Shown here: positions 49,831 to 60,960 of the stretch, piece by piece
Numbering within the stretch: position 1 is the first letter of the stretch
Layout: each line of letters begins with the position of its first letter
Assembly: GCF_018977255.1 (NCBI RefSeq)
Contig: NW_024704742.1
Span: 122,080,001-122,144,000, forward strand
Direction of reading: 5' to 3'
Origin: Callorhinchus milii
Taxonomy: Eukaryota
Length of the DNA stretch: 64,000 nucleotides
Notes under the pieces: model-generated
What the model was told of the DNA's origin: nothing
Databases searched by the model: none
What the model saw: only the letters and a program-made list of their open reading frames with translations
Program-made: the position numbers and the translations under genes

Positions 49831-52799
49831 CAGGCCCATAAGTTACCATGCCAACGATCAATTGTGGTGTGCTTTTCACAAACCTACCAAATCCTGTCTC
49901 CACATCATTTCTCCTTCCACATCCCTATTACCCCTGATTCACTGGCCTACAGTAAGCAAATATCCTGCAACATGATCCTGGACCTCAATGGCATGATCAA
50001 GAATCAGGAATGAAATCAGGAGTTCAATTCTTCGGATGTTTTCTTCAGTTCATTTGCCGGTCTGCTCTGTTCATTGAACTTTCCTGGCAAGTTGCATATT
50101 TCCCGTCTTGATATTGGGTTCCAAATAGGATATTTCTTAATGCTACAATTGTAGTTGGTATCCTGGATCTTTGCTCTAGAAGTAGATTGGATCGGAGTGG
50201 AGTGTTCCCATGGTTGGATACAACGTATTTCAGAAGGAGTTACTATTTAATTGCCTTTTAAGGAATGCTCTTAAGAAATACTGTACCACCAATACTAAAT
50301 ATCGTGCAGTAAAGTTGTGTTCATTTACACTCACTCGTTGCAGTTTTCATCAATTGTGTAAACGGATTGCTTTTTTGCACAGAGGAAAACAGGACGAGAG
50401 GAATTATTTGGATGCATGAATGCATAAGAATGCATTTATATAACTTATAGACTATAAACCACATGGAATTAGGGTATTTAAGTGGGTTTATTTCATTTAA
50501 TTTAAGTGGGTTTATTTCATTTAATTTCACTGTTCTGTGTGGTACAAATCTTAACGGTTGATATGCATTTATGTTGAATTTGGCACAGTGCTCAGGGAAT
50601 TGGATCCTGAAGGTACAGTAGATTGGATTGTCAAAACCAGTATGTCAGACTGAATCTTAGTAACTGATGAATTAATATACTCCAGTCAGAATGTTTGAGA
50701 GCGATTGCTTTGCTGGATATAAAAAAAAACGAGTTTTATAAATACATTTTTAAATTAATTGTACGAATAATGTGACACATACTCTACGTGACGCACTGCC
50801 TAAATTAAAGATTTTGTTTTTAAATAATAGTAATAGAAATTCAAAGAGTGTGCTCAGGGGCACCAGGAGTACATACTGGAGGCTTTGCCAGCTTGCCTGT
50901 ATTTCCTTCAGTGTGCACAGAAGCATTAACGTTTTATGTTCTTTGGGGTGGAATATTACCCTGGTCGCCATTTGCTATGAGCAGACACCAATTTAATATC
51001 TGAAGTAAACATTTATGGCTCTCATTACAGCACTCTGGCTCCACTAATGATCGTTAGATCATTTGAAATTTGTTTCTTATTTGTTCTTTTAATTTTATTC
51101 CCTTAAGAAAACATTGCAGGAGTAATCATTTGCTGTATGCGGGTTGGCACTAAGCACTGCAGTTATGAGTGCTGTTTGTTGTTTTTAAAAAAAATGATGG
51201 AAAATCTTTTGACACTGGTTAAATGATAGAGGAATTTGGCCAACAGCTATTGAACATTCTAGTGTTCATGCAAGTAAAAGGATTCCAAACGTAGTAAGCT
51301 GAAGCTCGGAGCATTTACATTAGCCTTGACTCTGCATGCTGCTTTCCATCATATGGTTTAGAATGATCAGTGAGGCAATGGGTTAATAATAAAAATAATA
51401 ATAATAATAATCTTTCATTTGGTATGAACGCCTTTCATGGAGGATGTCTCAAAGAGCTTCACAGGATATATTGTAAAGTATCAGTGACTGTGTATTTTGT
51501 GGACGAATATGGCCTCCAACTTGCTCACGGTAATATCCCACAAACAGCCATGAAATGAATGACCAATTTTACTTGGAGGTTCGTTGGGCAGTACACCAGG
51601 ATTATTTTTCTAATGAAGAACATCTTCCATTGGTGTTCGCTCTGATCTAATAAGATTGCATTCCGTTGCCTGCTGAAAAGCCCTGGTTGTAAAACACATG
51701 GGACAACATATTAAGTGTACAGAATTGAAAATGGTGCTGTCTTTTCTTTGCAGGCATTGTAGTCGAGGTAAGGCTTCTGTTGTTGGCTGGAGACAAAGCT
51801 ACAGCGAGGGATCAGAGATTAGTGATTAACTCGAGTCAGCTGATGCTATGTGAATGAATGCTCAGTTAGACTGTCATTTCATTAATGAGGGATGATGACG
51901 CAGTCTGTCATACTGAGGCAGACGTCACGGGGAATGCAGCACTTATTCTGGAAGATGGTAACACACGCCATGCAGCTAAGGGACAGAATACACCAGGATA
52001 TGTTGTAACAAGCAGCCTTGCCCTAGAAAACTGAGATCACATTAAGAGACAATGGACGTGTATTTTTATCTGTACACAGTCTGATAATGAAAGGGAAAAA
52101 ATAACATTCGTTTGCAAATCCCAGCCTCTCAAGAATGTGAAATTCCAGTCAGTTGAATTGAATGAAACAAGAGATTAGCACTGATATTAGGTTCACATGC
52201 TTTTGATGTGTGTGTTTTCTAAAATAACATTTCAAAGGTCTTCCTCAGATTGAAAAGAATTATTATGTACAGAATAGTTTGCATAGCTTGCCAAGGTCCA
52301 GATCTGCTAATGCTATGACAGTCTGGTGCATAGATCTGACGACACTGACTGGAATAATGATAATAATCCTTGCATTTGATATAGCGCCTTATCACATCTT
52401 TAAGATATCTCAAAGCGCTCACAGAATATACTGTAAAATGAGGACGGCAGAAGGAACAAAGTTTGTACAGGTCAGATATTAACTAACATGAGAGGAAACA
52501 ATTGCTTTATATGTCAAAATAAAAATGACTTGTGTACAAATAAGTAGAGCCATGCCAATGTCTTCATGTTTTCTGTCAATGGCTTTAGAGTGCACCCTCC
52601 AGGAAAACTCAGACGGTCACTCTAGTAACAACAAGACTGAGATGGATCTTCAACCTCAAAGTCTTCAATAATGCAGCATTACTATGGTTATTACCAATGT
52701 CTCATAGATTGTCTTAATGTGTGCCACAAAAATAATCCATTGTTGGTTGTGAAGCTCGAGTGGAATAGAATTCCAATTTTAATTTCCAAACTTTATGTC

Positions 52800-53320
52800 C
52801 AAACGTTTGGATATTAGTGAAGACAAGTTAAGGTTAGGTGTAAGGTAAATGTAAATGGACTGTTTATCACTTGTTGGCAAGTCCATCCCAAGGGGCATAA
52901 ATATAAAATAGCCACAAACTAAAAAATAGTTTAAGGGGAAGTTCTTCACACAGAGGATGGTGAGACTGTGGAAGACTGATGGAAGCTATTTATTAGGTCA
53001 GGGTATTAAGGGATATGGGACAAGGATGGGAAATTGGACTTGAGGTACACATCAGCCATGATCTTAAAGAATGACGAAATAGGCTTGAAAGGCTGAATGG
53101 CTTATGTTTCTATGAAGCTATGATTGAAGCAGACAGATTTGATGCAGTTTACAGGAAACTTGATGGAAACAATAGGAAGAAAGGAATAGAGGTGAATTGT
53201 GGAAGGCCAGGGAGGGGGGAATAAGAATGAGGTTGGATGCTCATGTTGGAGAACAAACACCAACATGGATAAGTTGTGTTGATTCGCCTGTTTCAATGCT
53301 TCTTTCTGTGTGATTCTTTG
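52800..53320 (+). mobile_element. Two decayed CR1 3' fragments
   Basis: ttcttcacacagaggatggtgagactgtgg...gggtattaagggatatggg...atcagccatgatctt...ggctgaatgg; a second 3'UTR-like piece follows. Confidence 0.65.
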
Positions 53321-53859
53321 TAGTTAGCAGTTGTGTAAAAGTGAGAACTTTAATCCCATAATACAACGGTAATAAACAACATGACATAAAACAATACCAG
53401 TTTTCCTCAACAGCCTTTATCCCAACTCCGTGTGTCTGATTTTACCCTATTAATAACCAATAATACACTAAATTCTCTGAATTTAGCCTATTATTTACAA
53501 TGACATTTCTCTATCCTCATTACCGTTTTGTTTTGCTGGGCTCAATCTCTGAATTTAACATTCAGTACAAAGTCACCTTTGCTACCTTAAACTCTGCAAG
53601 TGACATCTCCAAAAAAAAGATTTTCCTTCATTCCTTTCACTTGTGCATTCCCAACACAGCCAGCAACAACATTTGATTTTTGAAGTTTTCTGTTTAATCG
53701 AGTTAATCACATACACTCACAAAAAAACAGTCACTCCACTTTACAGTACGTCCCGTGAAGCAGTTTGAGATATCCTCCTGACATGAAAGATATTATACCA
53801 AATGTAAGCATTATTATAAAAGTCATGTGTGAAACATCTGTTATTTCTTAATATTTTTG

Positions 53860-54435
53860 GTCAGCCAGATATCTGACATGTGGAAACCCATCACCATATT
53901 TAAGAGTATCCAAACCAGACTGAGAGTTCCACAAATATATGCCACCTACATATAATTTCCCTGTGTGTGGAATGGAATGTGCACTCTCTCCCTGGAGGGC
54001 TACACCCATCTTATCTAATTCTGGAGAGTATTTAGATAAGTATTTAGATTGTGGAGTCCTGTGGCTCAGTGGTTAGAGCACTCTCCTTGCAATCGAGGAC
54101 CGAGTTTGACTCCCAGCAGGGGCGAAACCTTGGGCAAGTTTACTTGCTCCACATGCCTGATAATAATCCCTCAAGAAAAAATAATAATTTGGTCACTCAA
54201 TGTTTGTGGGACACTGCTATGCGCAATTGGCTGTCATGTTTTGCCCACAAATATACAGTCAATTCACTTTACAATATATTTTGTGAAGCGCTTTGAGAGT
54301 TCTAGAAGGCGTGAAAAGCACTATATCAAATGCAAGGATTATCATTATTATTTGGAGATTGGCAAGAGCTTGGGACAACAGAGTATTTGTTGGGGTATAG
54401 CCAGACTTTAACCAGCTAAAACCACAAAGCTTACC
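53860..54435. repeat. Family X copy split by a young SINE at 54051-54350
   Basis: ...ctaattctggagagtatt | SINE | ggagattggcaagagc...gttggggtatagccagactttaaccagctaaaaccac. Confidence 0.7.
54051..54350 (+). mobile_element. Full-length tRNA-Ala SINE
   Basis: gtggagtcctgtggctcagtggttagagcactc...caaggattatcattatt. Confidence 0.92.
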
Positions 54436-54632
54436 ATGAAGAGTAGAAATGTGTGGATCGATGGATCCATGTTCTTATATTTTTACTCCATTGCCTTTTT
54501 AGAAAGAGCTCCAGCCACCCTACCCATTCAGCTGCTGCCTCCATTCTGGAAATACTGGCCTGTTTCAGTCTCCCACCTACTCCCACACAATGCTATAGTC
54601 TCTGTGTTTTCCCCCTTTATTCCTTCATCCCA

Positions 54633-54810
54633 AAGAACATAAGAACATAAGAAACAGGAGCAGGAGTAGACCATTCGGCTCCTTGAGCCTGCCCCGCCAT
54701 TGAATAAGATCATGGTTGATCTTCTAACCTAATTCCATTTACCTGCCCTATCCCCATATACATTAATCCCTTTAGTTTTTAAAAATATTTTGATCTCAGT
54801 CTTGAATATA
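54633..54810 (-). mobile_element. CR1 3' UTR fragment
   Basis: aagaacataagaacataagaaacaggagcaggagtagaccattcggc...; same family as 19749 and 63668. Confidence 0.85.
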
Positions 54811-55047
54811 TAAGCTTCAAGCTAAACTTAAGACTTATCTCTTGTACAGCGTATACCTCTACTTTTCCTCCATCCCACCTTAGGCTTCCAGATGGCTCTG
54901 TAATGTCCTCCCAATGTGAAAGAGGCTATATACATGTAAATTGTTGTTGTTTCACTGCAGAAATAAAATACAGTTTACATTGATACAGCAACTTTCATGT
55001 CAGGGGTGTCTTCTCAAAGCACTTCCAGCAGTGGATGCTGATACTCT

Positions 55048-55317
55048 GACCTGAGTTCAATTCCAGGCAGAGGGCGAAACCTTGAGCAAGTTTCCTTACT
55101 CCACACGCCTAATAATAATCCCTACAAAAACAAAAACAATAATACATTGGTCATTTTCAATCTACGACTGTTTGTGGGACATTGCTGTGCGCAATTGGCT
55201 GCCACGTTTGCCCACAAATATACAGTCAATTCACTTTACAGTATATTCTGTGAAGCGCTTTAAGACGCCTAGAAGACGTGAAAAGAACTATATCAAATGC
55301 AAGGATTATTATTATTA
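55048..55317 (+). mobile_element. tRNA-Ala SINE, 5'-truncated within the head
   Basis: Starts at gacctgagttcaattccagg; body and (TAT)n tail intact. Confidence 0.92.
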
Positions 55318-55759
55318 CTCATTGAAGATTCTGATAAACAGATCAAACTTCACTGTCGTAGCCTACTGCGTCATTCGAACCTCTTAACTTGTGCCTGGTT
55401 TGCAGTATTGACAATAGAGATGGAAAAGTCTATGACCCTGACCTCCATCAGCCTTCCAGGAAAGGCAGGAAGTGTGTCAGTAGGAAGCACCGGTGAGGTC
55501 CTAGGTGGAAGGAAATAATCAATTGAATGTCATGAATTGGAACCACGAGAATCAGCCTGTCAAGATACAAGTCTTTGTATCCAGTCTCAAAGATAGTTTC
55601 TTTTTAGATTCAGGCGAGCTACAACATCTCAGAAACCCCGTAAAATTGGGTTTATCCTGAATTTGCATGGCCGGCAGCAAAGCCATTTGGCTCAAGCACA
55701 ATAACAGTTTGGAGCAGGAAGCCTGCTTTTATACTGACCTCTGAAAATCGGGTCCCAAT

Positions 55760-56180
55760 TAAAGGAGGGCAGTCACTGAGAAGGGGACATGGATATGAGA
55801 GTCACAAGAAGAATGAAAGGAGAGATACCAGCTTTTTTAGGAGTGGTTTTGAAAAGGTGAATAGGGAGAAACTATTTTCACTGGTAGGGCAGTCAGTGAC
55901 TAGGGGATATATATATGAGAGCCACAAAAAGAGCAAAAGGAGAGTATCAGATTTTTTTTAACTCAGAGAATTATGGGGATTTGGGAAGCCCTAAAAGGTG
56001 ACAGAGGCAGAGTTTATTGTGGGCTTCAAGAAGGAAGTGATCAAGTATATAAAGGTTAGAGGCTTGAAGGGGTATGGGGATAGGCTAGGGCAGTGGGATT
56101 GAAATAACTGCTTGCTCTGAGAACTGGTGTAGACTTGATGTACTGAATGGCCTCCTGTTTTGCTGTAAATTTCTATGAAA
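55760..56180 (+). mobile_element. Decayed CR1 3' fragment with an internal ~120-bp tandem duplication
   Basis: agggcagtca...atatgagag.cacaa...aaaggagag occurs twice (about 55765 and 55885); CR1 3'UTR end tgaatggcctcctgttttgctgtaaatttctatga. Confidence 0.65.
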
Positions 56181-56224
56181 CTAGATTTTGACATTCTGTG
56201 CATGCACCCAACTCCAAAACTGGA

Positions 56225-57087
56225 CTGTCCTGGACAAGGGACAACTTTCTCCAACTCAATGTCAACAAGACTGAGGCCCTCCTGATTGGCTCACGTCAGC
56301 GCCTCCGCATCTCGGGCGCTGGCAGCATCAGCCTCCACGGCTGCACACTCAACCTCACTAAGCCAGTCAGGAACCTGGGTATCTTGTTTGACCCTGAACT
56401 GTCCTTTCTCCCCCACATCCGCACCATGACCGGCACTGCCTACTACCACCTCCGCAACATTGCCAGACTCCACCACTGCCTCACCCCTCAGGCTGCCAAA
56501 ACCCTCACCCACGCATTCGTCACATCAAGGCTCAATTATAGAAAGTCTCTCCTCATCAGCCTTCCCAACTCTTCCCTTCACAAGCTGCAGATCATCCAAA
56601 ACTCTGAAGCTCCTGAACTCTCACGCACCAGGCTCTGTGACCCCATCACTCCCACCCTCACCCGACTCCACTGGCTCCCCATCCCCCAGAGGATAGAATG
56701 CAAAATTCTCGTCCCCCTCCTACCTCTCTGACCTGCTGACTCCCTACCATCCTGCCCGCTCCCTCCGTTCATTGGGCTCCGGCCTGCTCCATATCTCCTG
56801 CCCGACCCGCCCTATCATCAGCGGCCAGGCTTTCAACCTCTCTGCCCCCACAGTCTGGAACTCCATCCCACGCTCCCTATGCTTCGCTTCCTCCCTTGCC
56901 TCCTTCAAGGCCGGTCTCAAGACCCTCCTCTTCGATCGTGCCTTCAGTCAACCTCCCACCTCTCTGCCTTCCCTCACCCTTTCCCCACCCCTCCCCCATG
57001 CTCGGGCCCCGACACCTGACTGTCCAGCACCTTGAGAGGTCCTCCCAATGTGAAAGACCCTCTATAAATGTAATTTTGTTGTTGTTG
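56225..57087 (+). mobile_element. L2-clade LINE: ORF2 C-terminal region, 3'UTR and tail (longest L2 in the window)
   Basis: ORF 56198-56731: WTRDNFLQLNVNKTEALLIG...VRNLGILFDPELSF...HLRNIARL...HAFVTSRL...LHWLPIPQRI. ORF 56772-57035 continues after a frameshift. (TTG)n tail. Confidence 0.93.
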
Positions 57088-57464
57088 CATGTTTGGTAGT
57101 AAACTGCTGCCACATTTGTGGCCATTTGCCATAAAGTTTGAATAAAAACAAAGCATAAGTCAGCATAATAAACAGTTATAACTACAGTATTGCCCTTGTA
57201 AATAAGTAGGATCTTCGCACGGTTAGTATAACAATGTGAGGTAGTTATCAACTATTTGATTTGGACTGTGAGAGCAAAATAAGAGGGCAATAGGTTTAAA
57301 ATGTAACGGCCTCATATGGTGGTAGAGATTTTTCCCCAGAGACTAGTACTTGTATGGAACAAACTCCCAACAAATGCAATTGATGCTGTGGTGATAAACT
57401 CCTTCAAAATCATAATAACAACAACTTATACTGATTCTACCTTCTCGAAGGATAATGTCTCATG

Positions 57465-57815
57465 TCAGCATGACTGTGTATTTTGTAGGCAAATTTGGAA
57501 ACCAATTTGAGCATAAAAATGTCCCACAAACAGCCATGAATTGAATGAGCAATTTTATCTGGGGAATTGTTGGCAGAAAAACTCTTCTCTTTTTGAATAG
57601 TGCAATGGGATTTTTAATGTCAATCTGGACAGGCAGATAGTGCGTCAGTTTAACATCTGATCCAAAGGATGGGACAACCAATAATGCAGTGCACCCCAGC
57701 CTTGCATTGGAGCAACAGCCTCGATTATATGAGTTCAAAGTCCTGACGTGGGGCTTGAACCCACAAGCATCTGACTGAAAGGCAATGAGTACTACCAGCT
57801 GAGCCAAGCTGACAC
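57465..57815 (-). mobile_element. Old full-length Deu-type SINE
   Basis: Ends ...gggcttgaacccacaagc...gagtactaccagctgagccaagctgacac (reverse-complement tRNA-like head). Confidence 0.78.
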
Positions 57816-58578
57816 CTAATTCCGGGATACAGTTCATAAACATATTACTAAGACACGCAATGCTATTTTTGAATTGCTCTGTTTGAGCTCTACCCAAAAC
57901 AATGCTCATTTGATTTGCCCTCATGCAAGATTTTCGGTCAAAGTTTGTAAAGGATTGTGGTATTATGTCAGTCAGATACAGTGCTACTTCAACTCTTGGG
58001 ACTGAGCAACAAGGTTGAGATTTTATTGAATACTGATTTAATAATATTAATATTAATTTAACTTCATGAAGGCAATTTTAAAAAAAATTCCATCAGCATT
58101 GTATGAAACCCTTATTTTCCATTAGACACTGGAATATAGGGTCCTGAGAAAATAACCCAAAGAAGCCTGTTTCCTAGGAAACGGGGGGCTGCAAGCAGGG
58201 AGCAGGTGGCTTAACATCTTATTGGATCTCGCAGCAAATATTGCTTGCAAGGATATTCGAAGCAGTTTCCAGCAGTTTTCTGAGTCAATCAAACGTGTTC
58301 TTGGAAATTGAAATTTGGTTCTGTGTGAACAGAGACACCAACAGCCAGTTCAGAGCAGCAACAAAAAACGCTTCCAAAGAATCCGTTGAAATTTATTATT
58401 AAAAAAACTAGCCAGAGTGTGAGATTAATCTTTACCGGCAGCTGCTCTTGTCAATGTTTCAGGCTTGCTGCCTTGGCATTTATTCTGGGGCAACTGTTTT
58501 AAAGAAACATAGCATTTGTACAAGGCACATGGGATGTGGAGGGCTGACAGCGAAGAGAGGATTTGCATTGATGGGTAT

Positions 58579-58741
58579 TGACGTCAGTGCTTCAGGACTG
58601 CCTGAGGCGCTGTTCAGACTGCATGTTCGTTGGACCTCGTGATGTCTTGAAAAAAATTGTTAGCTGGAAATTTCAATCAGTCATTGACAGTGGGCGGAGC
58701 GTTTCGTCAGAATGAAAAGAGAGGAACCACATTCTGCGTCA
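58579..58741. promoter_or_regulatory. Candidate enhancer/promoter-like motif cluster (CRE, GC box, half-CREs)
   Basis: TGACGTCA at 58579-58586, GGGCGG at 58692-58697, TTCGTCA and TGCGTCA (58735) in non-repetitive, locally CpG-retaining sequence. Confidence 0.3.
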
Positions 58742-59887
58742 GCTACTTTATTGTTTTGAACCAGCAGTAGGTTTATTGTTCATCTGACAGGCAGACTTTC
58801 CATTCTCATGGCTGTGCTTTGTAGTACTGAGCCTTTGCAAACTTGGATTCAAAAGAAACATTCAGTGATGCAGGGTTTTTCAATGCTACAGATGTAGTTT
58901 TGTATCTTCAGCCACAGCAAAAAACACATTTGTATTGTTCACTGGGAGACACAAAATTCCACCTAAGATAAGGAACCTTAGCACTTTGTATATCCATGAC
59001 TGCTAACATCATATTTGACCATATGTTGCCCTAGCAGCCAATAGAAACTATTTTATAATTTCCTGCCACATGAGGTCATGGTAGATTCATGTCCTCTCAG
59101 TCTGAAACATCAGACTATTTGAACAAATATTTTCTGAACAAATAATGACTTTTGTAAAAAGAGCAGGCAATGTTACTCTGCATAAAATGTTAAGAAGATC
59201 ATTTATGCAAGGAAGTATTGAGAATTGTGTGTTGTTACTTCACCGTATAACATTGGGATGTGGAATGTCCTGCCAGGTAAGACAGAGACCATTCTGGGTG
59301 TATGAAAATTAGAGGCTTGAAGGAGTATGGGAACAGGACCGTGCAGTAGGATTGAAATTGCAGCTTTCTCTGAAGGCTAGTTTAGACTCCGTAGGCCAAA
59401 TGACCTACTTTTGCATTGTAAATTACTGTGATTCTAATACTTTCAAATAGGAGGACAAAAGGACACAGGTTCATTGTTGTAAAGGCAATTTTAGGACATG
59501 CACCAGGAAACGTTTTTTTACAGAGAGAGTAGCTGGAACAGGCTGCCAGGAAAGGTAGCATCAGCAAGGAAACTGGACTCATTTAAGAAACAGAGTTGCA
59601 AGAAAATTGAGGCTCATCCAAGCTTTGATGTCCAAAAGACAGACAAACAGAATATCAGTGGACCTGGAATCAAAAGAGTAGAAATTTGGGGATCTAATTA
59701 TAGGACCTCAAAATTGTTTGAAAGTGTTGAGAAAATAAATAGTGAAAGATTATTCCCACTGGTTTGGAAATTAGTAAAAAGCAAACATAGCACAGGAACA
59801 TAGGAAAAATAGCAGGAATCCATTCAGCTCATTGAGCCTGTTCCACAAATAGTAATAATGATAATTCTTGCATTTGATGTAGTGCTC

Positions 59888-60212
59888 GTGGAGTCCTGTA
59901 GCTCAGTGGTTAGAGCACTCGCTTTGCAAGCGAGAGACCTGAGTTCAATTCCAGGCAGGGCGAAACCTTGGGCAAGTTTCCTTACTCCACACGCCTAATG
60001 ATAAACCCTCCAAAAACCAAAAACAATAATAAATTGGTCATTTTCAATCTACGACTGTTTGTGGGACATTGCTGTGTGCAATTGGCTGCCGCGTTCGCCC
60101 ACAAATATACAGTCAATTCACTTTACAGTGTCTTCTGTGAAGCGCTTTGGGACGTCCTCCAGACGTGAAAAGCGCTATATCAAATGCAAGGATTATTATT
60201 ATTATTATTATT
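59888..60212 (+). mobile_element. Young full-length tRNA-Ala SINE inserted in an older minus-strand SINE
   Basis: Clean head gtggagtcctgtagctcagtggttagagcactcgctttgcaagcgagag. The flanks ttgcatttgatgtagtgctc | gcttaaagcacttcacagg are an old SINE tail. Confidence 0.95.
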
Positions 60213-60419
60213 GCTTAAAGCACTTCACAGGATAATCTGTAAAGTAGACTGACTGTGTATTTTGTGGGCAAAATGCGACAGCTAGTTGTGCACAGTAATG
60301 TCCCACAAACATGCGTGGAGCGAGTGACTAATTTTATTTTGGGGGCTGTTGGCCAGGACAACGGAAGAGAGAAACTCCCTTCTTTTTNCGAGTGTTTTAG
60401 ATCAAGGCAGATATTTTAA

Positions 60420-60960
60420 CCCTTTTTATTTAATCCTTTCGCCTTACCTCTTAATACTTCTACTACCCAAGTGTCTGCCCATTTCTCTTATAAACCACAT
60501 CTTCACAACTCTCTGTGTGAGGAAATGCCTCCTGACCTCAGTTATAACTGCCTTGGTTCTATTTTTAAAAATATCACCTTGTAATAAGTGATAACTAAAA
60601 GAGTTAACAGGGAGGTTAGAATTATTTGTTTCATGCAGATAGTTATTGGTATATGAAATACTTTGCCACAAGTGGCTATTGGGCCTAAGACTTTAACAAC
60701 ACTTAAAAGGTAATTGGGTAAGTATTTGAAGAGAATGTAAAAAGGTACAGGAAAGTGCAGACAATTGGGATCAGAGTGGCTTGCTCCAGAATGCCCTACC
60801 CACAACCTGGTTGAAGCAGACTGCACAATAGCTTTTAGAATTAGATAAATATTTGAAATGACATATTATAAGGCGTGTGTGGGAAAATAGGTAGCACTTT
60901 CAGTGAGCCAGCACAAACATAATGGGATGAATAGTCCTGTGCTGCAAATTATACAATGTT
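60420..60960. mobile_element. Two decayed CR1 3' fragments, head to head
   Basis: Minus ORF EVRRHFLTQRVVKMW (60444-60671); + strand tttcatgcagatagttattggtatatgaaatactttgcca...gggatgaatagtcctgtgctg. Confidence 0.6.

Noticed and set aside
50476..50528. 24-bp exact tandem duplication atttaagtgggtttatttcattta
   Set aside because: Simple two-copy slippage duplication with no further structure.
56198..56731. 177-aa ORF as a host or domesticated gene
   Set aside because: 5'-truncated L2 ORF2 fragment lacking the RT catalytic core, followed by a frameshift and LINE tail.
60388..60388. Single N base
   Set aside because: Assembly ambiguity inside an old SINE; no biological meaning.
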